A stretch of 64,000 nucleotides of DNA from Alphaproteobacteria bacterium (lineage in GTDB: Bacteria; Pseudomonadota; Alphaproteobacteria; RF32; CAG-239): assembly GCA_045643605.1 (NCBI GenBank), contig JAZULC010000010.1:11533-75532 (forward strand). The letters are read 5' to 3'. The translations under genes were made by a program, and so were the position numbers. The notes under the pieces were generated by a model that was not told where the DNA came from, searched no databases, and saw only the letters and a program-made list of their open reading frames with translations. Positions 29,206-39,282 of this stretch are shown in pieces. Each line of letters begins with the position of its first letter. Position 1 is the stretch's first letter.

Positions 29206-29643
29206 ATGTTATTAACTTTTTCTGTCATTTTATTTGGAATTTTATTAGTCATTCCACCATTGCAACGCAACCCGTTTTATATTATAAATTCTGCAGTTAT
29301 TGTAGGTATCGCCTATATTTTAGAAAATTATTACTTTAAGACTTCGGCTTTTTCTTACAAAACTATATTATTACTGGTTGTAATTCAATTTATTACTATT
29401 AACTTTACAACATTTATAGCTTATGCAATTGATAAGCGTGCTGCAATAAAAGGGAATTATCGTATTCCGGAAAGCAATTTACATACATTAGAATTTGTCG
29501 GTGGAACTCTTGGAGCAATGTTAGGGCAAAAAGTTTTACATCACAAGAACAAAAAGAAAACCTATCAATTTGTATTTAAAATTATCGTTTTTTTGCAAAT
29601 TTGCGCCATTTTTGCCATCTTAAGATTTTTAAACTTTATATAA
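29206..29643 (+). CDS. DUF1294 membrane protein
   Basis: DKRAAIKGNYRIPESNLHTLEFVGGTLGAMLGQ. Confidence 0.65.
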   Translation: MLLTFSVILFGILLVIPPLQRNPFYIINSAVIVGIAYILENYYFKTSAFSYKTILLLVVIQFITINFTTFIAYAIDKRAAIKGNYRIPESNLHTLEFVGGTLGAMLGQKVLHHKNKKKTYQFVFKIIVFLQICAIFAILRFLNFI

Positions 29644-29708
29644 AAATTTCTTGCAAGAAGAGAAAATATATGTATGATGCACTTATTAACAAAAATTAAG
29701 GCACTATA

Positions 29709-31469
29709 ATGAAAAAACAAAAACAATCTTCAGAAATGAACTTTCAGCAACATTACAAAATTATGTGGCCATATATAAAACCATATTGGATACGCGCCCT
29801 TTTAGCCGTACTAATAAGTATTCCTATCGGAGCTCTTGATTCCGTCGTTGCTCTCGCACTTAAGCCTTATATGGATAATGTAATGATTGCAAAAACTGAA
29901 GGTTCGCCTATGTATATTCCTTTTTTAATAGTAGCCTTTACAACCGTACAGGGTTTTTTGAATTATACAGCTACTTATCTGAATACTTGGGTCGGTACAA
30001 AAATAAATCATGATTTAAAACGTGCCATGTATACAAAGCTTTTAAATCTTGAAAGCAGTTTTTTTGATTCGTGCGAATCCGGTACAATTATTCAAAGATT
30101 TTCTGGTGATGCAGATATTGCTTGTTCCGGTTTATTAGATAATTTGAAATTATTTGTATCAAGATTTTTCTCTTCTGTTTCATTGATTTGTGTTCTTATT
30201 TATAACTCATGGCAACTTTCCATTATTGCTATAATAGTTTTATTGTTTGCTCTACTACCTTTAACTTCAGTAAGGAGAAGAATTAAACATATTATTACAT
30301 CTAATATTGCAGAAGCAAGCAAAATAGCCACCAACTATAACGAAACTTTCGGTGGTCATAAAACCATCACTTCATATAATATGAACGATTATATGTTTCA
30401 AAAATTTGATAATACACTCAAAATCATTTTTAAACTAACAATGAAAGTCGTACAAAGAACCGGTTGGATGACCCCATTGATGCACATTGTCGTTTCTGTT
30501 GGTATTGGTGCAGTTATCGGATATGGCAGTTATTTAATCGTAAACGGAACAATTACCAGTGGAAATTTTGTTTCTTTCATCACAGCCCTTATTTTGTTAT
30601 ACACACCAATAAAGGGTATCGGCAAAAACTATAATAATATGCAAATTTCCTTTTTAGCTATTGAACGTGTTGCACAAATTTTACAAATTAAACCAAAAAT
30701 TGTTGATATTAAAAATCCTAAAAAAATCAAAAATATTAAAAAGAATATTTCTTTTGAAAATATATGCTTTTCTTATGTTGACGGCCATAATGTCTTGCAA
30801 AATATTTCTTTTACGGCTGAAGCCGGAAAAACCGTTGCGCTGGTAGGTAATTCAGGAGGTGGAAAATCTACGGTAGTTAATCTTTTGATGCGTTTTTATG
30901 ATCCACAACAAGGATGCATAAAAATTGATAATACAGATATAAAGAATATTTCTATTGAAAATCTTCATCAAAACATTGCTGTTGTTTTTCAGGATAATTT
31001 TTTGTTTTCCGGAACAATAAAAGAGAATATCTTGTTTGGTAATCCAAATGCTACCGAAAAACAATTACAAGAAGCTATAAAAATGTCTTATTTGGAAGAT
31101 TTTATTAACGGTTTGGAAGATGGTATAAATACGGACATAGGAGAACGTGGAGCTCTTGTTTCCGGCGGACAAAGACAAAGAATAGCCATCGCCAGAGCAT
31201 TTATTAAAAATGCCCCGATTATAATTTTAGACGAAGCAACCTCTGCTCTTGATAATAAAACAGAAGCTTTAGTGCAAAAAGCTATCACTAATCTTATGAA
31301 AAACAAAACTGTATTCGTTATTGCTCACAGATTATCAACTATCCAAAACGCTGATAAAATACTGGTCTTAAATAACGGCGAAATTGTTGAAGAAGGCACA
31401 CATAAAGATTTGCTCAAAATTAAAAATGGCATATATCATTCATTGTATAATGCACAATTAAAAAAATAA
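29709..31469 (+). CDS. ABC transporter permease/ATPase, MsbA-like exporter
   Basis: Six-TM domain plus Walker A GNSGGGKST, signature VSGGQRQRIAIARA and Walker B IILDEATSALD. Confidence 0.8.
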   Translation: MKKQKQSSEMNFQQHYKIMWPYIKPYWIRALLAVLISIPIGALDSVVALALKPYMDNVMIAKTEGSPMYIPFLIVAFTTVQGFLNYTATYLNTWVGTKINHDLKRAMYTKLLNLESSFFDSCESGTIIQRFSGDADIACSGLLDNLKLFVSRFFSSVSLICVLIYNSWQLSIIAIIVLLFALLPLTSVRRRIKHIITSNIAEASKIATNYNETFGGHKTITSYNMNDYMFQKFDNTLKIIFKLTMKVVQRTGWMTPLMHIVVSVGIGAVIGYGSYLIVNGTITSGNFVSFITALILLYTPIKGIGKNYNNMQISFLAIERVAQILQIKPKIVDIKNPKKIKNIKKNISFENICFSYVDGHNVLQNISFTAEAGKTVALVGNSGGGKSTVVNLLMRFYDPQQGCIKIDNTDIKNISIENLHQNIAVVFQDNFLFSGTIKENILFGNPNATEKQLQEAIKMSYLEDFINGLEDGINTDIGERGALVSGGQRQRIAIARAFIKNAPIIILDEATSALDNKTEALVQKAITNLMKNKTVFVIAHRLSTIQNADKILVLNNGEIVEEGTHKDLLKIKNGIYHSLYNAQLKK

Positions 31470-31472
31470 TCT

Positions 31473-32120
31473 TTAGTTTTCTGTCAGGCTGATAATTTCA
31501 GCTCGCAATTCATCAATTCCGAGACTTTTTTCGGAACTTGTAGCAATTATGCTTGGATATGCAGCTGCATGCTCTTGTAATTCTGCGGATATCTTTTGTG
31601 ATACAAGTTCTAACTCTTGTTTATTTATCTTATCTATTTTTGTAAGCACAATTTGATAAGTAACAGCTGCTTTATCTAACATTTCCATAATATCAGCATC
31701 ATTTTTTTTAATTCCGGTTCGAGAATCTATCAACAAAAAAACTCTTTTCAAATTAACACGGCCCTGCAAATATGCCGCTATTAGATTTTGCCAACTTTTA
31801 ACAACTTTATCAGGTGCTTTTGCAAAACCATAACCTGGTAAATCTACTAAATAAAGTCTATCACTAAAATTGAAATAATTAAGCTGTTGGGTTCGCCCCG
31901 GTGTATTTGATGTTTTTGCAATTTTTTTATTAAAAAAAAGTGCATTGATAATACTTGACTTTCCAACATTGGAACGACCGGAAAAAGCTATTTCCGGTAG
32001 ATTTGCATCCGGTAATTGTTCAAACTTAGCCACACCCAGTAAGAAATCACATTTTCCATGAAATAGGCTATTTGCTTTATCTAATTCTGACTGTTTAAAC
32101 TTTTCCAGATTAAAATCCAT
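31473..32120 (-). CDS. engB: Ribosome biogenesis GTPase EngB/YihA
   Basis: GRSNVGKSS and DLPGYG motifs; start overlaps the yidC stop (TAATG). Confidence 0.88.
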   Translation of the reverse strand: MDFNLEKFKQSELDKANSLFHGKCDFLLGVAKFEQLPDANLPEIAFSGRSNVGKSSIINALFFNKKIAKTSNTPGRTQQLNYFNFSDRLYLVDLPGYGFAKAPDKVVKSWQNLIAAYLQGRVNLKRVFLLIDSRTGIKKNDADIMEMLDKAAVTYQIVLTKIDKINKQELELVSQKISAELQEHAAAYPSIIATSSEKSLGIDELRAEIISLTEN

Positions 32121-33793
32121 TATTTAACTCCATTTTTATGCATAATAGCTTTTTGTTGGATAATACTGAATAAATTACTGAATGTCCAATATATAATTAA
32201 TCCTGAAGCAAAATGCCCCATCATAAATGTAAAGATTAACGGCATAAGAGCAAATGCCCTTGCCTGATCCTTATTTGTCGGCGCAGGATTAAGTTTCTGT
32301 TGAACAAACATCGTCAATCCCATAATGATAGGCCATATACCTATATTAAAAAATGCCGGTACATAAATATGTAAAAGTTCAGATAGAACCAAAGGATCAG
32401 GTTCTGATAAATCCTTAATCCATCCTATAAAAGGAGCGTGTCTTATTTCTATCGAAATATTCAATACTTTGTATAAAGAAAAGAATACCGGAATTTGAAT
32501 AAACATCGGCAAACACCCCGAAGCCGGATTAATATGCTCTTTACGATAAAGTTCCATCATCTCTTGTTGCAAGCGCATTTTGTCGTCTTTATATCTTTCT
32601 TGTAATGCCTGAATTTTAGGTTGAAATTTTCGCATTTTAGACATACTCTCATAGGACTTATTAGCAATAGGAAACATACATATACGCAACAAGGTTGCAA
32701 ATAGCAAAATTGCCCATCCCATATTACCTATTAAATTATATAAGAAATCTAAAATATAGAAAAATGGTTTGGTTAGAAAATAGTACCAGCCGAAATCAAC
32801 AGCTAAATCAAACTTGGGAATATTATATTCATCAACATATTTATCTAACAACTTAATTTCTTTTGCTCCGGCATACATCAAAAATTCATTACTTGCCGAT
32901 AATCCTGATTGTATTTTCATAGCCGGCAACAGATAATCCGTTTGAAAAATATTTTCTCCGGTATGCTTAAATGATATTGAACTTTCTTTGGAATTATTAA
33001 AAATTAAAGCACTAAACCAATAATGATCGGAAAAACCTGCCCAGCTGTAATTACTTTTTATGTTTTCTTTATCGCCAACTTTTTCTAATTCCGAATATTT
33101 TATTTCTTTTAATTTATCATCAAAAACACCTATCATTCCTTTATGGACAACTCTTGTTTTGGAATTATCTTCAGTAATATTTTTCATTATCAAAGCATAT
33201 GGTAATAATTCTATATTTTTATCGGTATTATTTTCTACAATTTGTTCTATATGAAACATATAATTATCATCAAGTGAAATTTTATTAATAAACTTTAAGC
33301 CCTGCCCGTTTTCCCATTCTAAAGCAATAGGGGTATCCGGCGTAAGTTTTTGTCCTTTTACAGTCCACATTGTGTTTTCATCTGGAAGAACAACCTCATT
33401 ATTTTTTGTATTTAACCATCCATATTGCATATAATACGGTATCTCTGTAGAACTTGGAGAAAACAATCTTACTTCTTTACTGTCAGGAGCTAAAGTTTCT
33501 TTATATTTATGTAATAATAAATTATCAAAACGAGCACCTTGCAAGCGAATTGAACCACTAATTGCATCATTTTCAAAATTTACATGATGATTTTCATTAA
33601 CAACTTGTTCTGCATCTTTTAATAGAGATTTATTTTCAACAACATCATTTTTAACAACTACTTGTTCTGAAATTTCCGTAGTTTCTGTTGAATTATCGAC
33701 AACAATTTTCTTATTTATAAATCTGTCTACCAAAAGAATTGCCAATGATGATAGCAACACTGCTATATATACTTTTTTTAGTTCATTTTTCAT
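32120..33793 (-). CDS. yidC: Membrane protein insertase YidC
   Basis: Large periplasmic domain plus a conserved C-terminal 5-TM core; rpmH-rnpA-yidD-yidC synteny. Confidence 0.92.
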   Translation of the reverse strand: MKNELKKVYIAVLLSSLAILLVDRFINKKIVVDNSTETTEISEQVVVKNDVVENKSLLKDAEQVVNENHHVNFENDAISGSIRLQGARFDNLLLHKYKETLAPDSKEVRLFSPSSTEIPYYMQYGWLNTKNNEVVLPDENTMWTVKGQKLTPDTPIALEWENGQGLKFINKISLDDNYMFHIEQIVENNTDKNIELLPYALIMKNITEDNSKTRVVHKGMIGVFDDKLKEIKYSELEKVGDKENIKSNYSWAGFSDHYWFSALIFNNSKESSISFKHTGENIFQTDYLLPAMKIQSGLSASNEFLMYAGAKEIKLLDKYVDEYNIPKFDLAVDFGWYYFLTKPFFYILDFLYNLIGNMGWAILLFATLLRICMFPIANKSYESMSKMRKFQPKIQALQERYKDDKMRLQQEMMELYRKEHINPASGCLPMFIQIPVFFSLYKVLNISIEIRHAPFIGWIKDLSEPDPLVLSELLHIYVPAFFNIGIWPIIMGLTMFVQQKLNPAPTNKDQARAFALMPLIFTFMMGHFASGLIIYWTFSNLFSIIQQKAIMHKNGVK

Positions 33794-33826
33794 TTTTGTT
33801 TCTCCGCAAATAAAAAAATAAAATTT

Positions 33827-34066
33827 CTATTTTTGTTTAGATTTTTGTGGAACTGGGTCATAACCTGAACCACCCCAAGGATTACATTTCATAATTCTTT
33901 TAATTCCCAACCATATACCTTTAATAATTCCGTGCACCTTTATAGCTTCTATCATATATTGAGAGCAAGTAGGACGAAATCTACAACATCCCGGGAAAAG
34001 TGGCGATATAAATTTTTGATAAAATTTTATCATATTTATCAAAATTTGTTTTATGTATTGGTTCAT
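33827..34066 (-). CDS. yidD: Membrane protein insertion efficiency factor YidD
   Basis: [10 protein letters not shown] motif; ATGA overlap with rnpA. Confidence 0.88.
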   Translation of the reverse strand: MNQYIKQILINMIKFYQKFISPLFPGCCRFRPTCSQYMIEAIKVHGIIKGIWLGIKRIMKCNPWGGSGYDPVPQKSKQK

Positions 34067-34416
34067 TTCGTCAAATCTTTACTAATATTATTCAGAGCTT
34101 TCTCTAAATTTTTTTTCAGTAAATCAAACGGGCAAACTGCCGTATTCCACCTGCCGATTAAAACATAATCTGTATTTACATCTGCTTTTGAAGGAAAAAC
34201 TTCTGACACTACAGCGCGCATTCTTCTTCTGGTTCTGTTTCTGATAGTAGCCTTTCCTATTTTTTTTGTTGTAGTATAACCTACACGTATAATTGAATTA
34301 TCATCAGAAAAATTTTGAGCCGCCTGAACGACTAAAGTTGGTGTTACAACACTAACTCCTTTGGCGACTCTTACAAAATCTTTTCTTTTTTTGAGAACTT
34401 CAATCTTTCGTATCAT
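34063..34416 (-). CDS. rnpA: RNase P protein component
   Basis: Basic 117-aa protein downstream of rpmH. Confidence 0.85.
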   Translation of the reverse strand: MIRKIEVLKKRKDFVRVAKGVSVVTPTLVVQAAQNFSDDNSIIRVGYTTTKKIGKATIRNRTRRRMRAVVSEVFPSKADVNTDYVLIGRWNTAVCPFDLLKKNLEKALNNISKDLTK

Positions 34417-34432
34417 AACTTTATGCTATAAT

Positions 34433-34567
34433 TTAAGCAGAAAGATTTTTACGGCCTCTCGCACGACGTGCTGCTAAAACCTTACGTCCACCTGCAGTTG
34501 CCATACGAGTACGGAAACCATGACGGCGAGCTCTTACTAATTTACTTGGTTGATATGTACGTTTCAT
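34433..34567 (-). CDS. rpmH: 50S ribosomal protein L34
   Basis: My translation reads [44 protein letters not shown]; too short for the ORF track. Confidence 0.93.
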   Translation of the reverse strand: MKRTYQPSKLVRARRHGFRTRMATAGGRKVLAARRARGRKNLSA

Positions 34568-34747
34568 TTATTTTCTCCGGTTAGTTATTATTATTTAAAA
34601 TTCCTAATCATATCTTTAAGAATTCTCGGGTTGTTATGCTTATATATATTTTTTTTTAATCAGTCAAGATTTTTTTCTTTTATATTATAAATCACTAAAA
34701 AAGCCCGATATTATTACCGAGCTTTTCTTTTTTTTATGATTTCAAAT

Positions 34748-35284
34748 TTAGAAGCTTTCTTGCAATTCAAAGAAATATGCCTGAGGATGATCACATACCG
34801 GGCATTTTTCAGGAGCAAACGGGCTTTCTACACGACAACCGCAATTTGCACATTCCCAAATTACTTTTGTTGGGCGCTTAAAAATTTTGCCTTCAATCAA
34901 AGAATTTGCTAATGCTTTGTATCTTTCTTCGTGGCTTTTTTCAATTTTAGCTACTCCTTCAAACAAACGAGCAATTTCATCAAAGCCTTCTTCTTTAGCT
35001 TCTTTTGCAAAAGTAGCATACATTTCTGTCCACTCATAATTTTCGCCATTTGCAGCATCTTTTAAATTAGCCTCTGTATCAGGCATTCCACCATTTAACA
35101 ACTTAAACCACAATTTTGCGTGTTCTTTTTCATTATCTGCAGTTTCTTCAAACTTTTTTGCAATAATATTGTACCCCTCTTTCTTTGCTTTAGATGCATA
35201 ATATGTATATTTATTTCTTGCCATTGATTCTCCTGCAAATGCAGCTTTTAAATTTGCTTCAGTTTTTGAACCTTTTAGTTCCAT
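34748..35284 (-). CDS. rbr: Rubrerythrin
   Basis: Di-iron ExxH motifs plus a C-terminal rubredoxin CANCG...CPVC; start at MELKG preceded by GGAGGA. Confidence 0.88.
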   Translation of the reverse strand: MELKGSKTEANLKAAFAGESMARNKYTYYASKAKKEGYNIIAKKFEETADNEKEHAKLWFKLLNGGMPDTEANLKDAANGENYEWTEMYATFAKEAKEEGFDEIARLFEGVAKIEKSHEERYKALANSLIEGKIFKRPTKVIWECANCGCRVESPFAPEKCPVCDHPQAYFFELQESF

Positions 35285-35309
35285 ATTTTCCTCCATAAAA
35301 TTAATATTA

Positions 35310-36779
35310 TTAAATATGTTTATCTACAGAAGTTTCATCAGCTTTGTTTTGCACAACTTCTGTTTCAGATGTTTTTCTGATATTATCCGTATTCTGTACT
35401 ACTTTTTTGAATGATTGTAAAGAATTTCCATATAAATTTTCACCAGTTGCAGCTTTTTCCTTTAATGGATCAACCTTAACGCCTCTTTTTATAACTTCAA
35501 AATGTAAATGAGGACCCGTAGAACGTCCGGTATTTCCGACATAACCTATAACTTGTCCTTGTTTTACACGAACTCCTGACCGGATTCCTTTTGCAAAACT
35601 TTTCATATGTCCATATCCTGTAGAATAGTCACTATTATGACGAATCTTTACAAAATTACCATATCCTCCATTATATTGAGCCATTTGTACGACACCATCA
35701 CCGGCAGCATAAACTTGTGTACCGATAGGAGCAGCATAATCAACACCTGTATGCATTTTCATTTGTTTTAAAATAGGATGGAATCTCCTGCCAAAACGAG
35801 AAGAAATACGTGCACGACTTAATGCCAATGGTTTTTTATTGAGAGATTTTTTCAGAGCTTGCCCTTTAGAATCAAAATAATCAGTTTTTCCGCTATTATC
35901 GGTAAAACGATACATAGCAAATTCGTCTTTTAATACTGTCAAGCCAGCATACAAAACATTACCTGTTTTAACAATTTTTCCATCCGGAGCTAAAAATGCT
36001 TCATAAACGACTTCAAATTTATCATTTGGATGGATATCTCTGCTAAAATCTATGCTAAAACCAAAAATACTTACAAAATCAGCTGCAATAGAATTTGGAA
36101 TGCCTGCATTTTGCATAGAAGAAGTAAGCGTTCCTTTTATAGTACCACTTTTTTTAATATACTCTTTTTTAAATTCATCAGTTTCTTTTCTTGCTGTATA
36201 TTCCTCATTATCTGTGAGTTCTACAATATATCTGGTACCGACAGACGGTTCAATCAAAATACTTTCAATGTCAATAATCTGATTTGCCACAAAATCTTTC
36301 ATAACTGAAATTTGAATTTTTTGGCCAATTTTAAGTTCTTTTGCAATGTTATATACTTTTTTGTATGCTTTAGTTATTTTTTCTGCTTTTTCATAGTTTA
36401 TACCAAGAGATGTTAAAATAGTTATAAATGTATCGCCTTTATTAACTTCTATTGTCATCTGTTCATTGCCTATATTGGCAATTTGATCTGTAGAATCAAC
36501 AAGAGAATCTATATCTTTATCATCCGTATTATTATATTGAGAATCTTTTTCTGTTTGTTCATCAACATCTATAGTCGCATTTTCATCGGCAACTGAATTA
36601 TTTGCATCAAAATACTCTATAGTTTCTTGCCTGTTTATAGAAGCTGTTGCATTATTTTGATTATACAAAGAAACAACCAATGCAATAGTTACAACTATCC
36701 CATAAATAACAAGCAGAGTCCTTTCTCTCTTGAGCTGTTTTGTCTTTTTTCTTAACTTTGATAAACTTATCATAAACAA
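35310..36779 (-). CDS. M23-family murein endopeptidase
   Basis: N-terminal TM segment; [12 protein letters not shown] and GPHLHFEV. Confidence 0.85.
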   Translation of the reverse strand: MFMISLSKLRKKTKQLKRERTLLVIYGIVVTIALVVSLYNQNNATASINRQETIEYFDANNSVADENATIDVDEQTEKDSQYNNTDDKDIDSLVDSTDQIANIGNEQMTIEVNKGDTFITILTSLGINYEKAEKITKAYKKVYNIAKELKIGQKIQISVMKDFVANQIIDIESILIEPSVGTRYIVELTDNEEYTARKETDEFKKEYIKKSGTIKGTLTSSMQNAGIPNSIAADFVSIFGFSIDFSRDIHPNDKFEVVYEAFLAPDGKIVKTGNVLYAGLTVLKDEFAMYRFTDNSGKTDYFDSKGQALKKSLNKKPLALSRARISSRFGRRFHPILKQMKMHTGVDYAAPIGTQVYAAGDGVVQMAQYNGGYGNFVKIRHNSDYSTGYGHMKSFAKGIRSGVRVKQGQVIGYVGNTGRSTGPHLHFEVIKRGVKVDPLKEKAATGENLYGNSLQSFKKVVQNTDNIRKTSETEVVQNKADETSVDKHI

Positions 36780-36898
36780 TAACTCTCTACACCATATAGT
36801 TTTGTCAGAATGTACTCAAAACAGATAAATTTCAAGTATGTAATAAGGTTATGTTGATAAATAATTAACAAAAACATCAAAAAAAATGAAAAAAATAC

Positions 36899-36927
36899 TT
36901 GCATTTATTATTTTTATTGTTTATACA
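36899..36927 (+). promoter_or_regulatory. Sigma-70-like promoter for tRNA-Asp
   Basis: TTGCAT-N17-TATACA, about 15 nt upstream of the tRNA 5' end. Confidence 0.45.
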
Positions 36928-36942
36928 TAACAATCGTCAGAT

Positions 36943-37019
36943 GGGGGCGTAGTTCAGTTGGTTAGAATACATGCCTGTCACGCATGGGGTCGCGAGTTCG
37001 AGCCTCGTCGCTCCCGCCA
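36943..37019 (+). tRNA. tRNA-Asp (GTC), CCA encoded
   Basis: Cloverleaf folded by hand: acceptor GGGGGCG/CGCTCCC, anticodon loop CTGTCAC, T-arm GCGAGTTCGAGCCTCGT. Confidence 0.93.
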
Positions 37020-37025
37020 TTTACA

Positions 37026-37049
37026 AACCGATTATTTAATCGGTTTTTT
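37026..37049 (+). terminator. Terminator after tRNA-Asp
   Basis: aaccgatt / aatcggtt stem followed by a T-run. Confidence 0.7.
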
Positions 37050-37061
37050 GTTTTTTAAAAA

Positions 37062-37105
37062 GAAAAAAGAAGATTGAACCACAATTTTTCAATCTTCTTT
37101 TTTTC
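37062..37105. terminator. Bidirectional terminator (serves hsp20 on the - strand)
   Basis: gaagattg / caatcttc stem flanked by A- and T-runs. Confidence 0.7.
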
Positions 37106-37120
37106 GCAACAATATAACAA

Positions 37121-37600
37121 TTACATTTTATCGCTCGTTTTTATATTTATCTTTTTCATTTTTTGTTGTTCTTTCGGTAACTTAGGCAACATCACTTGTA
37201 AAATACCATTATTAAAATCAGCAGTAGCCGCTTCATAATTTATATCACCTGGCAAAGGAATTGTTCGCTTAAACATTCCGTATGAAATTTCTGAAAAATA
37301 AGCTCCTTTTTTTGCAGTTTGATTTTTACTTCGCTTTTCTCCGGTAATTGTCAAATATCCGTCTGCAGAAACTTTTAAATCTACATCTTTTTCATCAATT
37401 CCCGGCAATTCGGCCATAACTTCAATATCTTTATCGCTTTCACAAATTTCTATTTTCGGCTCAATATCAGTCCATTCATTTTTTAGAGGCATATCCATAT
37501 AATTCCAAAAATAATTCATTAAATTATGCATATCTCCAATTTGCGAACTGGAAAAAATATCATTTTTTTTATTGGTTTCTGATGGTAAAATTGTTTTCAT
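37121..37600 (-). CDS. Small heat-shock protein (Hsp20/alpha-crystallin)
   Basis: Alpha-crystallin domain (AELPGIDEKDVDLKV...GILQVMLPK). Confidence 0.88.
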   Translation of the reverse strand: MKTILPSETNKKNDIFSSSQIGDMHNLMNYFWNYMDMPLKNEWTDIEPKIEICESDKDIEVMAELPGIDEKDVDLKVSADGYLTITGEKRSKNQTAKKGAYFSEISYGMFKRTIPLPGDINYEAATADFNNGILQVMLPKLPKEQQKMKKINIKTSDKM

Positions 37601-37614
37601 AGTTTTCTCCTTAT

Positions 37615-37773
37615 TTAATATTCATTATCTTCTTCAATTAAAAAATCTTCTTCATCATATTCTGTAACAGGCTCATAATGTCCATAGATATATTTCTTAT
37701 CAAAAGAAATTCTTTTCTTTGGAATTTTTTGAACACTTATTTTTGAATATTTTTTTGATTTTTTTATTGTCAT
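37615..37773 (-). CDS. Small (52-aa) basic-N / acidic-C hypothetical protein upstream of hsp20
   Basis: Start at MTIKKSKK is preceded by an AAGGAG SD; the track's upstream ATG (37803) has no SD. Confidence 0.45.
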   Translation of the reverse strand: MTIKKSKKYSKISVQKIPKKRISFDKKYIYGHYEPVTEYDEEDFLIEEDNEY

Positions 37774-37776
37774 GTC

Positions 37777-37821
37777 TTTCTCCTTATTTGCATTAGAGTA
37801 CATAATATAAATAAGGAGAAA
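37777..37821 (-). promoter_or_regulatory. Anti-SD / SD hairpin (candidate RNA thermometer) in front of the small-ORF-hsp20 operon
   Basis: mRNA 5'-UUUCUCCUUAUUU, 19-nt loop, AAAUAAGGAGAAA-GAC-AUG; perfect 13-bp helix that covers the SD. Confidence 0.5.
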
Positions 37822-37856
37822 ACATCATTTTTTAACTATACAAAAGTGTATAAATG

Positions 37857-38540
37857 CTATTTTTTAAAGAACATATTTATTTTTGCAATCAACATTAGTA
37901 ATTTATGTAAAAAAAGCGGAGCCGAACCGGCAGAAGAAAATATAACAGAAACTTTATCTATTTTTAAGTCCAAGGCAATAGTCATTCTATGGTGTCCCTG
38001 ATTTAATGTATCTTTTACGCCCATATTACGACAAATCATAATATCTAAAGGATATTTATCATTAAAACCATTATCTTTTAAACTTTCATACAGTTTTTGA
38101 TACCTTTGTTGGCGATCTTCTTCTGGAATTTTATATTTATTATTTGAAAAAACATAAGCATTTTCTTTAGTTCTTATATTACGCTCCAACCCCATTTCTC
38201 TGATTTCTTGTGGAGATATATGATATATATTTGAGCCATACATTCTTAATCTATAACGAAACACTCTAATTAACGGAGAAATAAAATCATACCACTTGTT
38301 TTTAGGAACAAAAGCTACCCTTACTTTTATCGTTGCTTGCTGATTTTTTATTGCTTTATCAACTGCTTTTCGTCCCTTAATCAAACAATCCGGTGATGTT
38401 GCCGGTTTAAAATAATCTTTATTATCACCTAATTTTATAATGATTTCATCATCAGGTAATTCTATATTACATTGACCATCAGGCAATTTGGCAATATCCT
38501 GCGTATCTATTTCATAAATTTCTGATGAATATGCTAACAT
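37857..38540 (-). CDS. Hypothetical protein with a ParB/sulfiredoxin-like GHHR motif (tentative)
   Basis: C-terminal YESLKDNGFNDKYPLDIMI...LNQGHHRMTIALDLKIDKVSV resembles the ParB-like nuclease fold motif; start moved to MLAYSS to avoid overlap. Confidence 0.35.
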   Translation of the reverse strand: MLAYSSEIYEIDTQDIAKLPDGQCNIELPDDEIIIKLGDNKDYFKPATSPDCLIKGRKAVDKAIKNQQATIKVRVAFVPKNKWYDFISPLIRVFRYRLRMYGSNIYHISPQEIREMGLERNIRTKENAYVFSNNKYKIPEEDRQQRYQKLYESLKDNGFNDKYPLDIMICRNMGVKDTLNQGHHRMTIALDLKIDKVSVIFSSAGSAPLFLHKLLMLIAKINMFFKK

Positions 38541-38553
38541 TTTAGTTCCCGGA

Positions 38554-39282
38554 TTATAAATTATTCGTACAAAACAGATGCCTATATATTTCCGCATAAG
38601 CAACTGTTTGTATTACAGAAATGATTGAAGACACAGCTACAGATATATATAAATTTCCTATAGCAAAAAAAGGAACTGCAAACAATAACGGCAGTACTAC
38701 ATAAGTTAAAAAACATACTTCCAGAAGTTTCAGATAACTTCCTTTAACTTCTAAAATACTAAAAGTAATTGACGATTCTTTTCCTAATACACAAGATATC
38801 CACGAAAAATAAGGAATACCTATTGTAAAAACCACAAATACAAACAAAAACAAAAATTTAATTATATTAGCATATTCCCAATCAATAAAGGAGTGATAAA
38901 CTGTAAACAAAAAATTATAAAAATCAGGAAAAATTACAAATGATTTTGCCAATAAATATAACAATATCAAAAACAATTTAAGTAATATCAAAAAGGCAAA
39001 GGCTAATAAAATGATTATAACAAATTTGCCTAATGAATGGAAAAATACGGATTTATCCCATATTTTTGCTTTTTTAAAATAGATTCTAAAAAAGCAAAAA
39101 TAAAATAAATATAAACCTACTATATAAGGAATATATATCGAATATTTCAATGCACTCAACTGTAGAAAAACATAATTTCCTATACATAATAACATCGTCA
39201 AATGAGCAAGTATCAAAAAATTATTTTTGATAGACTCAACTGTACTTGTTATAATTGAATATGCAGATAATTTATTCTTCAT
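38554..39282 (-). CDS. Polytopic membrane protein, unknown function
   Basis: At least 6 hydrophobic segments; start overlaps the accC stop by 11 nt. Confidence 0.55.
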   Translation of the reverse strand: MKNKLSAYSIITSTVESIKNNFLILAHLTMLLCIGNYVFLQLSALKYSIYIPYIVGLYLFYFCFFRIYFKKAKIWDKSVFFHSLGKFVIIILLAFAFLILLKLFLILLYLLAKSFVIFPDFYNFLFTVYHSFIDWEYANIIKFLFLFVFVVFTIGIPYFSWISCVLGKESSITFSILEVKGSYLKLLEVCFLTYVVLPLLFAVPFFAIGNLYISVAVSSIISVIQTVAYAEIYRHLFCTNNL

